Positions 50,295-57,732 of a stretch of 64,000 nt of DNA are shown in pieces; within the stretch, counting starts at the first letter, position 1; each line of letters opens with the position of its first letter. The notes below the pieces were generated by a model that saw nothing but the letters and a program-made list of their open reading frames with translations, did no database searches and was not told where the DNA came from. Source of the stretch: Thermoplasmata archaeon (GTDB taxonomy: Archaea > Thermoplasmatota > Thermoplasmata > Lutacidiplasmatales > UBA184); contig DASPQG010000078.1 in the NCBI GenBank assembly GCA_035625085.1, positions 2,151 to 66,150 on the forward strand, read 5' to 3'. A program made the translations under genes and the position numbers.

Positions 50295-50786
50295 AACGCT
50301 TCCCGACGAGCCAAAGGGGCATCCGAAGAGCCACCGGCCCGTGGGGAAGAGCCCGAGGACGCGCGCATCGCCCTACGGTGCAACCGCAAGGAGCTCCAGT
50401 TGGTCGACTCGTTCGTGGCAAACGGCGAGTTCCCGACCCGCTCGGAGCTCATGCGGGCGGCGCTGCACGCGTTCCTCCGGGCCCGCGCGATGTCGACCGC
50501 GCCAACGCCCGCCGTGGACGCCGAGGGCTTCATCGAGGTCCCCGTGCGCCTGCGGCCCGAGGAGTACGCCCGCCTCGAGACCTACGCCCACCACGTCGCC
50601 AACCGCGGCTCGGTGAAGGACATCCTCGCCGAGATCGTGCGTCGCGGCGAGTTGGAGATGAAGGTCCACGAGCTCGTTCAACGGGCCCGCGAAACGGTGC
50701 GCGAGGCGGTGGAAACCCGGACTCAGGTCGGAGCGCTCGGAGAGAGCGCGAAGGACCTCGAACGCAAGGGGGTCGTGGGCCGGTAG
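50259..50786 (+). CDS. ribbon-helix-helix (CopG-family) DNA-binding protein with a C-terminal helical extension
   Basis: 175-aa ORF. The RHH core is RIALRCNRKELQLVDSFVANGEFPTRSELMRAALHAFL. A second beta-strand-like stretch (FIEVPVRLRPEEYARLETYA) and a charged helix follow. The start may be GTG 50286, about 35 nt after a TTTAAGTA box. Confidence 0.8.
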   Translation: MDFPSLCSTVFDNASRRAKGASEEPPARGEEPEDARIALRCNRKELQLVDSFVANGEFPTRSELMRAALHAFLRARAMSTAPTPAVDAEGFIEVPVRLRPEEYARLETYAHHVANRGSVKDILAEIVRRGELEMKVHELVQRARETVREAVETRTQVGALGESAKDLERKGVVGR

Positions 50787-50805
50787 ATGCGCGCGAGCGG
50801 TTGGA

Positions 50806-51747
50806 GTGCTCCGTCAAGGGGGGGTTGTGGAGACCTACGAGGCCGGGCAATCGAGTGACGACCAAACGGGAGCGGGCGGGAGCGGGGAACCGAGCGGGGC
50901 CAGTTGGGAGAATCCGCTTCGGCTCGGACATGACGTCCGTTTCGTACTAGCCGCCGTCGGCGGCGGGGCGATTCGGGTCGCCCGCGAGGTCGCGCGCCAC
51001 CATCTCCGGCACCTGGAGACCGTCGCCATCAACTGCGACCCCAAGGTCCAGGGATTCGATGAGTTCGACCGCCGCGTCTACCTCGGCCCGGACTCTGGGG
51101 CCGATACCGACACGGGAGGCTCCCCATTTGTCGGCGGCGTGCTCGCGCGGGCCGCGGAGCCCGCGCTGCAGCGGATCTTCCATGGCGTCACGTTCGTCAT
51201 CGTTGTCGGCAGCCTCGGAGGAGGGGCCGGGAGCGGGGCGTTCCCGTACGTCCTCGAGGTCGCCTCCCGGAACGCCGAGGTCGTGAGCGCGTTCGTGATC
51301 AAGCCGTTCCGGTGCGAGGGCGAACGCCGGGCGCTCGCCGACCGTGCCATCGGCCGCCTTCACTTCGTGGAGTCGTTCACCGAGAAGCGGGAGCGGGGCG
51401 TCGCGACCCTCCAGACCCTCGACAACGAGAGCCTCGTCGCCACCTGTGGCTCGCTCGCTTTCTGCCGAATCGCCGACCACTGGGCGTCGGTGATCGAGGA
51501 ACACATCGAACGGTCATTCCTGGCCCCGACCGAGGCGATCCTCGCGGCGGCCGAGCTCGCCCCGGGCGCCGTCGCGCCCTCCATGGCCCCCGACGCGGTT
51601 GGCGGCACGGAGCTCGGAGTAGTTCCGCCACCCCCGGCTCCCGAGCCTCAGCTCCCGGTCCCGGTGCCCGCTCTTCGGGCAGCCGCGGCCGAGGTTGAGC
51701 TCACCTTCGAGGTCGACGCCAAGGCGAACCCTCCTTCCGCACAGTAA
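50806..51747 (+). CDS. FtsZ/tubulin-superfamily GTPase-domain-only protein (no FtsZ C-terminal domain) with an Ala/Pro-rich tail
   Basis: 313-aa ORF (GTG 50806; alternative GTG 50827). FtsZ motifs occur in order: AVGGGAIRVA, AINCD, TGGSPFVGGVLA, VGSLGGGAGSGAFP (51217..51237), IKPFRCEGERR, LDNESL and FCRIADHW. From about aa 236 the sequence is low complexity only. Confidence 0.75.
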   Translation: MLRQGGVVETYEAGQSSDDQTGAGGSGEPSGASWENPLRLGHDVRFVLAAVGGGAIRVAREVARHHLRHLETVAINCDPKVQGFDEFDRRVYLGPDSGADTDTGGSPFVGGVLARAAEPALQRIFHGVTFVIVVGSLGGGAGSGAFPYVLEVASRNAEVVSAFVIKPFRCEGERRALADRAIGRLHFVESFTEKRERGVATLQTLDNESLVATCGSLAFCRIADHWASVIEEHIERSFLAPTEAILAAAELAPGAVAPSMAPDAVGGTELGVVPPPPAPEPQLPVPVPALRAAAAEVELTFEVDAKANPPSAQ

Positions 51748-51759
51748 TCCGATCGGGGC

Positions 51760-51776
51760 GGGGGACCGAATCCCCC
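51760..51776 (+). terminator. GC hairpin (GGGGGA-CCGAA-TCCCCC) 13 nt after the FtsZ-like stop
   Basis: 6-bp stem, 5-nt loop. Flanking GGGGCGG (51755..51761) and CCGCCCC (51785..51791) could form an alternative outer helix. The downstream T-content is weak (CTTCTCC...ACTTTAT). Confidence 0.3.
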
Positions 51777-51828
51777 CGGCTTCTCCGCCCCGCGTAACTT
51801 TATGAGAGGTTCCGTCTCGGGGACGGCG

Positions 51829-51996
51829 ATGGACGGTCGGCTCATCACGGTCCTCGGGCTTCTCCTCCTCCCGGCTGCCCTCATCGGGGTGACGGTCGAG
51901 GAGTTCCACTCGAACCCCGTCGCGATCCTGGGTCTGCTCGCCGTGATGATCTTCGGCGCGTTCTACCTCGTCTCGTACACCGAGACGTTCGCGTGA
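51829..51996 (+). CDS. small two-TM membrane protein (55 aa; 64 aa if ATG 51802 is used)
   Basis: MDGRLITVLGLLLLPAALIGVTVEEFHSNPVAILGLLAVMIFGAFYLVSYTETFA, with high GC3. ATG 51829 lies 30 nt after a CTTTAT box that overlaps the upstream ATG 51802. Confidence 0.55.
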   Translation: MDGRLITVLGLLLLPAALIGVTVEEFHSNPVAILGLLAVMIFGAFYLVSYTETFA

Positions 51997-52024
51997 GAGG
52001 GACCCGGACGAACCCGGACCCGGA

Positions 52025-52822
52025 TCACCCGTACATTCCCGGCGTGGGAGCCGGGGTTTCGACTTGCGGTACCGAAGCGGGGTGTGACTTCATGACGGCG
52101 CGGAGCGCCTTCTCGATCTGCTCCGCCTGGGCGCGCAGGGGCTTTGTGTCAATCTCCACCTCGGGGAGCACACGGTCGAGCGCCTCGATCAGTGCCGCCC
52201 CCGCCCGATGGTCGGGTAGACCCTCGGCGACCCGGGCGCTCACGAGCATCACGACGACCGGAATCGAGCGGCCCATCCCCTGGACGAGCAGCGCGCCCGA
52301 GACCCCCCCGATCACGCCGTCCTCGAGCAACCGCGCCTGCGCCGGCTCGAACGTCTTCACGATGGCCGCGTCTTTCCGCGAGTAGGCGACCCAAACCTGC
52401 TCGGGGGGTTGGTCCTCCGCGACCGCGCTCTCTTCGTCCGTCTCCTCGTCGCCCGGAGGGTGAGGAACGACCCCCTCGAACCCCACGATCATCCGAGCGT
52501 GGTGACGCTCGGCCGCGTCCAGGATCGTCCGGGCGATCGAGTTCGCCTGCGACGGGCTCGGCGGAAACTCCGAAAGGACCAGACCGAGGTCCTGTCGCCC
52601 GTAGACCCGGATCGTAGGGTGGACCTCCCCGCCTTGGACGACCGCGATCGGGGCGATCTCGGGGGACTCGAAGCGGCCGACGCGCGGCAGGTTCAGGGCC
52701 CGGATCATGTAATGGCCCGCGACCGTGGTCGCGAGGCCGGCGCTCGGGAACGCCGACACCAGGACCGAACCTTCGCCGAAACTCTTGCCCGGGGGCGCTT
52801 CCTCTCGCCACGTGAACTCCAT
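52025..52822 (-). CDS. PAC2-family proteasome assembly chaperone (PbaA/PbaB-like)
   Basis: 265-aa ORF with LVSAFPSAGLATTVAGHYMI, GVIGGVSGALL and LPDHRAGAALIEAL. The C-terminus is ...PGMYG (HbYX-like). Confidence 0.8.
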   Translation of the reverse strand: MEFTWREEAPPGKSFGEGSVLVSAFPSAGLATTVAGHYMIRALNLPRVGRFESPEIAPIAVVQGGEVHPTIRVYGRQDLGLVLSEFPPSPSQANSIARTILDAAERHHARMIVGFEGVVPHPPGDEETDEESAVAEDQPPEQVWVAYSRKDAAIVKTFEPAQARLLEDGVIGGVSGALLVQGMGRSIPVVVMLVSARVAEGLPDHRAGAALIEALDRVLPEVEIDTKPLRAQAEQIEKALRAVMKSHPASVPQVETPAPTPGMYG

Positions 52823-52921
52823 GGGCGGACCTTCCGGAGAGCGGAAACGCCGGTCCCTATAGAGTCTGGCGGGAGAAACGCCGCGCTAATCCCAAGTACT
52901 CGGCCCCCCTCGGAACGCCCC

Positions 52922-53962
52922 GTGGGGCTTCCCCTCCGGGACCTGGTCGTCGCGCAGGAGCTTCCGTGGGACGCGCTCGCCGGTCGGATGCTGGCAGTGG
53001 ACGGCTACAACGCCGTCTACCAGTTCCTCGCGACCCTTCGCCAGCGCGACGGTCAGCTGTTCTGCGACGCCGAGGGGAGGGTGACCAGTCACCTGATGGG
53101 GGTCTTCTACCGGACGACGTCGCTTCTCCGCGAAGGCGTGCTGCCGGTCTGGGTGTTTGACGGGAAGCCGCCCGAGCGCAAGACCGGAACGATCCGTCAG
53201 CGGATCGAGGCGAAGGAGAAGGCGGAAGGAGAGTGGCAGCAGGCGCTCGCCGCGGGGGACCTCGAGACCGCCCGGAAGAAGGCGGCCCAGACGTCCCGCC
53301 TGACACGGCCGATGGTCGAGGAACTCCGAGAGCTCCTGCGCGCCCTCGGCGTCCCTTCGGTCCAAGCTCCGAGCGAGGGGGAGGCACAGGCGGCGGTGAT
53401 GGCCGCGCGCGGGACCGTTTGGGCGACCGCGTCCGAGGATTACGACTCGCTTCTGTTCGGCTCGCCCAAGCTCGTCCGGGGTTTGGCAGCGCGGGCTCGG
53501 GGCGGGGCCACCCCGGGGGCCCAGCTGATCGACCGGTCGGAGGTGCTCTCTTCTCTCGGAATCAGCGAGGAGGAGCTGATCCTGCTCGGGATCATCATCG
53601 GGACCGACTTCAATGACGGGGTCCGGGGGTACGGTCCGAAGAAGGCGCTCAAACTAGTCCAGGAGCACCTTGGATTCCGGCCGACGCTCGCGAAGGTAGG
53701 GATCGAACCGGCGGAGGCCGACGAGGTGGCGGAGATCTTCCGCCACCCGTTGTCGGTCGAGGTAACTCCCCCCGCGTTCGGGCCGGTCGACGAGGCCGCT
53801 GTCCGGACGCTCTTGATCGACCAGCACGGCTTCTCCGAGGAACGCGTGCGGGCGGCGATCGGTCGCGCCCGCCAGAGGCCGAGGACCAGCAGTTCCCCAC
53901 AAGAAGCGCGCGGGCATCAGACTCTTCTTGAGACGTTCGGTGGGTCGTCCGAACCTCCATGA
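52922..53962 (+). CDS. fen: flap endonuclease 1
   Basis: Track ORF 52409..53962 trimmed to GTG 52922. This gives (M)GLPLRDLVV...LAVDGYNAVYQFL, matching the conserved FEN1 N-terminus MG-x-L-x-(D/E)-L. It also has VWVFDGKPP, SEGEAQAA and GTDFN. Confidence 0.92.
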   Translation: MGLPLRDLVVAQELPWDALAGRMLAVDGYNAVYQFLATLRQRDGQLFCDAEGRVTSHLMGVFYRTTSLLREGVLPVWVFDGKPPERKTGTIRQRIEAKEKAEGEWQQALAAGDLETARKKAAQTSRLTRPMVEELRELLRALGVPSVQAPSEGEAQAAVMAARGTVWATASEDYDSLLFGSPKLVRGLAARARGGATPGAQLIDRSEVLSSLGISEEELILLGIIIGTDFNDGVRGYGPKKALKLVQEHLGFRPTLAKVGIEPAEADEVAEIFRHPLSVEVTPPAFGPVDEAAVRTLLIDQHGFSEERVRAAIGRARQRPRTSSSPQEARGHQTLLETFGGSSEPP

Positions 53963-55434
53963 CGCTGTTCGAGTGCGTGCCGAACTTCTCCGAGGGAAAG
54001 GACCCGGATCGGATCGAGCGGATCGTAGCCCCGGCGCGCCAGGTTCCCGGAGTGACGGTGCTCGATGTCGAGCGGAACGCGGACCACAACCGCTGCGTCA
54101 TCAGCCTGGTCGGCGAGGGGGACGCGCTGCTCGATGCGGTGTTCCGGATGATGCAGGTCGCGACCGAGCTCATCGACCTCAACGCCCAACGGGGTGAGCA
54201 CCCCCGAATGGGCGCCACCGACGTCGTGCCGTTCGTCCCGATCGGGAGTTCGACCATGGCCGACGCGATCCGCCTCGCGGAGCGGCTCGGCGCCCGGGTG
54301 GCGAAGGAGCTCGGAATCCCGGTCTACCTCTACGCCGCGGCAGCGAAACGACCCGAGCGGGCCGATCTCGCCAAGGTGCGGGAGGGGCAGTTCGAGGGGC
54401 TACGCGAGGTGATCGCGACCGACCCCACCCGCGCGCCGGATTTCGGCGAGCCGAAGCTGCACCCAACGGCCGGCGCCGTCGCGATCGGAGCGCGTCCCGT
54501 GCTGATCGCCTACAACGCCTACCTCACGACCCCCGACGTGGCGATCGCGAAGAAGATCGCGAAGGCAGTCCGCGCTCGCGACGGTGGTCTCCCGGAGGTC
54601 AAGGCGCTCGGGTTCGAGATCCGCGAACGCAATCGGGCTCAAGTGTCGATGAACCTCACCGACTACCATGTCACGCCGGTCCACCGCGCCCTCGAAGCGG
54701 TCCGTCGGGAGGCCCAGCGGTTCGGCGTGTCGGTGGAGGAGTCGGAGATCGTCGGCCTCGTGCCGGAGGACGCGCTGTTCGATGCCGCCGAGTACTATCT
54801 TCAGCTCCATTCGTTCGACCGCGCGGCGGTGCTCGAACGGAAGGTCCGGGCCGCCGAGAGCAGTGGTCCGGGCCACGAGTCGATCGCGTCGTTCGCCGCG
54901 CGCCTCGCGGCTCGAACGCCGACTCCGGGCGGCGGGAGTGCCGCGGGCGTGGTCGCGGCGCTCGCCGCCGCCCTGGGTGAGATGGTGCTCGCCTACTCGA
55001 TCGATCCGGCCAAGCCCGACGCCGATCTGGTGGCGGTCCAGCGGATGCTGACCGAGGGACGGCACCGATTCCTCGAGCTCGCGGACGAGGATGCCCGTTC
55101 GTACGACGCGGTCCGCTCTTCGAAGAAAGCGCGTAAGGAGCACCCCAACGATCCGGCCGCCCAGGAAGGGTACCTCCGGGCGGTTCGGGGCGCCGCCGAG
55201 GTCCCCCTCGAGACCGCACGGCGTTCGGTCGACCTCGCGCACCGGTTCGACAGCGTTCGGGCCCGGACGCGGGCCGCCCTTTCGAGCGATCTCGTCACTT
55301 CGCTCGCCCTTTTCCGGGCGGCCGCGGAGGGGGCCCTTGCCAACGTCGCGATTAACCTCGAGGACCTGAAGGCCGCCGGGCAATCGATCGACGACCTCGA
55401 AAGCGAGGTCGCGCGGCTTCGCGCGGCCGGGTGA
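53959..55434 (+). CDS. glutamate formimidoyltransferase fused to formimidoyltetrahydrofolate cyclodeaminase (FTCD-like)
   Basis: 491-aa ORF with N-terminus MTLFECVPNFSEGKD and GATDVVPF. The C-terminal about 190 aa is helical cyclodeaminase-like (TPGGGSAAGVVAAL). ATGA overlap with the fen stop. Confidence 0.85.
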   Translation: MTLFECVPNFSEGKDPDRIERIVAPARQVPGVTVLDVERNADHNRCVISLVGEGDALLDAVFRMMQVATELIDLNAQRGEHPRMGATDVVPFVPIGSSTMADAIRLAERLGARVAKELGIPVYLYAAAAKRPERADLAKVREGQFEGLREVIATDPTRAPDFGEPKLHPTAGAVAIGARPVLIAYNAYLTTPDVAIAKKIAKAVRARDGGLPEVKALGFEIRERNRAQVSMNLTDYHVTPVHRALEAVRREAQRFGVSVEESEIVGLVPEDALFDAAEYYLQLHSFDRAAVLERKVRAAESSGPGHESIASFAARLAARTPTPGGGSAAGVVAALAAALGEMVLAYSIDPAKPDADLVAVQRMLTEGRHRFLELADEDARSYDAVRSSKKARKEHPNDPAAQEGYLRAVRGAAEVPLETARRSVDLAHRFDSVRARTRAALSSDLVTSLALFRAAAEGALANVAINLEDLKAAGQSIDDLESEVARLRAAG

Positions 55435-55444
55435 GGTTCGCGGG

Positions 55445-56197
55445 ATGGTGTCGCCGGAGGAGGCGCATGCACGACGACCGCTCGTCTGGGTGAACTGCGC
55501 GGCCTCGCTCGATGGACGGCTCGCGTTCGCCGGCGGTCGACGGGCGGCACTCTCCGGACCGGAGGATCTCGCCCGGGTGCAGCGACTTCGCGCCGGGTCG
55601 GACGCGATCCTGGTCGGCGTAGGGACGGTGGTGAAGGACGACCCTTCTCTCCGGGTCCACTGGGAGCTCCTCGGGGAACCTCCGGGACCGAACCCGACCC
55701 GGGTTGTGGTGGACGGAAGCGGCCGAACCCCCGCTTCCGCGCGGGTGCTCGATGGCTCGACGGCCACGATCATCGCGATGTCCGAGCGCTCGACCCGGAG
55801 CTTCCCGGCTCATGTGCAGACGGTCGTGGCCGGTGCGGCCCGGGTCGATCTCGGACGCCTCTTCGCCCTCCTGTACGACCGAGGGATCCGCAAGCTGATG
55901 GTCGAGGGTGGGGCCGAGATCCTCTCGAGCGTGCTCCGAGCGGGCCTGTTTGACCGGTTCTCGATCTACTACGCCCCCGTGGTCGTGGGAGGTGCCACCG
56001 CCCCTTCGGTGGTGAGCGGGCCCGAGACCCGGGGCCTGGAGGACGTCACGACGTTCGAGCTCATCGCCCTCGAACGCCTCGGTGCGGGCTCGCTCGCCAC
56101 GTACGCCCCTTCGGGGCACCGAGAGCCTCTCCCCGAGGCCTGGGAGACGAGGCTTCGCCCGGGAACACACCTTCATAACCCGGGACGGAACGTCTAG
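55445..56197 (+). CDS. 2,5-diamino-6-(ribosylamino)-4(3H)-pyrimidinone 5'-phosphate reductase (RibD C-terminal domain family)
   Basis: 250-aa ORF with VWVNCAASLDGRLA, DAILVGVGTVVKDDPSL and LMVEGGAEI. Confidence 0.85.
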   Translation: MVSPEEAHARRPLVWVNCAASLDGRLAFAGGRRAALSGPEDLARVQRLRAGSDAILVGVGTVVKDDPSLRVHWELLGEPPGPNPTRVVVDGSGRTPASARVLDGSTATIIAMSERSTRSFPAHVQTVVAGAARVDLGRLFALLYDRGIRKLMVEGGAEILSSVLRAGLFDRFSIYYAPVVVGGATAPSVVSGPETRGLEDVTTFELIALERLGAGSLATYAPSGHREPLPEAWETRLRPGTHLHNPGRNV

Positions 56198-56229
56198 GAG
56201 CCGGCAGTCGGCTCTGCCCGGAGGAGATC

Positions 56230-56631
56230 GTGTCCGCCCAACCGGCGCCCCAGTACGTTGCCCCGCCGTCCCGACCGCTCGGCGTTGCCATCCTCGCCGT
56301 CCTCGTCGGGCTCTATGGGTTCCTGCTGATTCTCGCAGGGGTTCTCGTCCTCGCCGGCGTCGCGGTCACCCACTTCCTGGGGGTTCCGACGGGGTTCGCC
56401 GGCCTCGGCACAGTGGCGATCGGGCTGATTGTCCTGATCGTTGGGCTGATCATCCTCGGCCTCGCCCTCGGCCTCTGGCATCTCCGCATGTGGGCCCTCG
56501 TGCTCACGCTGCTGTTCGTAATCTTCGAGCTGATCAGCTTCGGGCTCGCGGGCGCGTTTGTGAGCTTCGGCTTCATCGTCGCGCTGATCCTGTTCATCTA
56601 CCTGCTCGCGGTCCACCGGCACTTCCAGTAA
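56230..56631 (+). CDS. small integral membrane protein (about 4 TM), unknown function
   Basis: 133-aa ORF (GTG) that is almost entirely hydrophobic helices. Confidence 0.6.
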   Translation: MSAQPAPQYVAPPSRPLGVAILAVLVGLYGFLLILAGVLVLAGVAVTHFLGVPTGFAGLGTVAIGLIVLIVGLIILGLALGLWHLRMWALVLTLLFVIFELISFGLAGAFVSFGFIVALILFIYLLAVHRHFQ

Positions 56632-56727
56632 CCGGTTCGCCTACCGAACGGGTCGTCGGCGGGGCCGCACGCGGCACGTTCGCACCCGTTATCCGCCCGG
56701 GCGGTTCCCCGGCCGGGAGGGATCCCC

Positions 56728-57732
56728 GTGAAGCTCGTCCATTTCACGCTTCAGGACCAGTTCCATTTCGGGATGATCACGGACGTCAACGAGTTCATCG
56801 ACCTCGACACGGCAGTCCGTGACTACTACGGTGTGAATCCGGTGAAGGGAGCGGACCCCAGCCGGTTCCGCGACATGCAGGCGTTCTTTAGCGGCGGGGC
56901 CGACTCCGTCGAGCTCACGAAGAAGATCCTCCAGTACATCGACCGCCGCCGCCAAGCCGGCTGGACACCCCGCGCCGCCACGGGGGCTCGGTACCTGTTC
57001 AAGCCGGAAGAGGGCGTGAAGCTGCTCGCCCCGGTCGTTCGCGGCAGCAAGGTCTACTGCCTCGCCTCGAACTCGAGGAGCCACCTCACCGAGCAGGGAA
57101 AGCCGCTCCCGAGCCAGCCGTACGTCTTCTCTCGGTACTTCAACAGCCTTGTCGGCCCGAGCGAGAGCCTCGTTCTCAACCCGGCGGGGACGTTCCCGGA
57201 CGTCGAGCTCGAGCTCGCGGCCGTGATCGGCCAGCGCGGAAAGCACATCCCGGCCGAGAAGGCGATGGGGTACGTCGCCGGGTACACTATCGCGCTCGAC
57301 ATGGGGTACCGTGACCTCCAGTACCCGGCCGGAGGCGCCGTCGACTGGGTGATGGGCAAGGGGTTCGACGCGACGATGGCTGTCGGCCCCTGGGTCGTTC
57401 CGAAGGAGGAGGTCGGTGATCCGTACCCGCTCGCGATGGAGCTCAAGGTCGGCGGGACCGTCCGTCAGAAGGGCGACACCACCGACTACGTGTTCCGCAT
57501 CCCCGAGATCATCGCCCACTTCTCCCGCGGGATCACGTTCGAGCCGGGCGACATTCTCTCGCTCGGGAGCCTCGGAGGGGTTCCGGGGTTCGAGTTCGGT
57601 AACGAGTCCCGGAAGCTGAAGCCGGGCGACCAGGTCGAGGGGTCGATCGAGAAGATCGGCCGGATCGTCATCCCGGTGAAGGCCGAAGCTCCGCCTGCCC
57701 CCGCAACAGCAGAAAAAGCGCCAACGGGGTAG
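56728..57732 (+). CDS. fumarylacetoacetate hydrolase family protein
   Basis: 334-aa ORF (GTG) with VELELAAVIG, YTIALDMGYRD, GKGFD and HFSRGITFEPGDILSLGS. It has an Ala/Pro-rich C-terminal extension of about 18 aa. Confidence 0.85.
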   Translation: MKLVHFTLQDQFHFGMITDVNEFIDLDTAVRDYYGVNPVKGADPSRFRDMQAFFSGGADSVELTKKILQYIDRRRQAGWTPRAATGARYLFKPEEGVKLLAPVVRGSKVYCLASNSRSHLTEQGKPLPSQPYVFSRYFNSLVGPSESLVLNPAGTFPDVELELAAVIGQRGKHIPAEKAMGYVAGYTIALDMGYRDLQYPAGGAVDWVMGKGFDATMAVGPWVVPKEEVGDPYPLAMELKVGGTVRQKGDTTDYVFRIPEIIAHFSRGITFEPGDILSLGSLGGVPGFEFGNESRKLKPGDQVEGSIEKIGRIVIPVKAEAPPAPATAEKAPTG

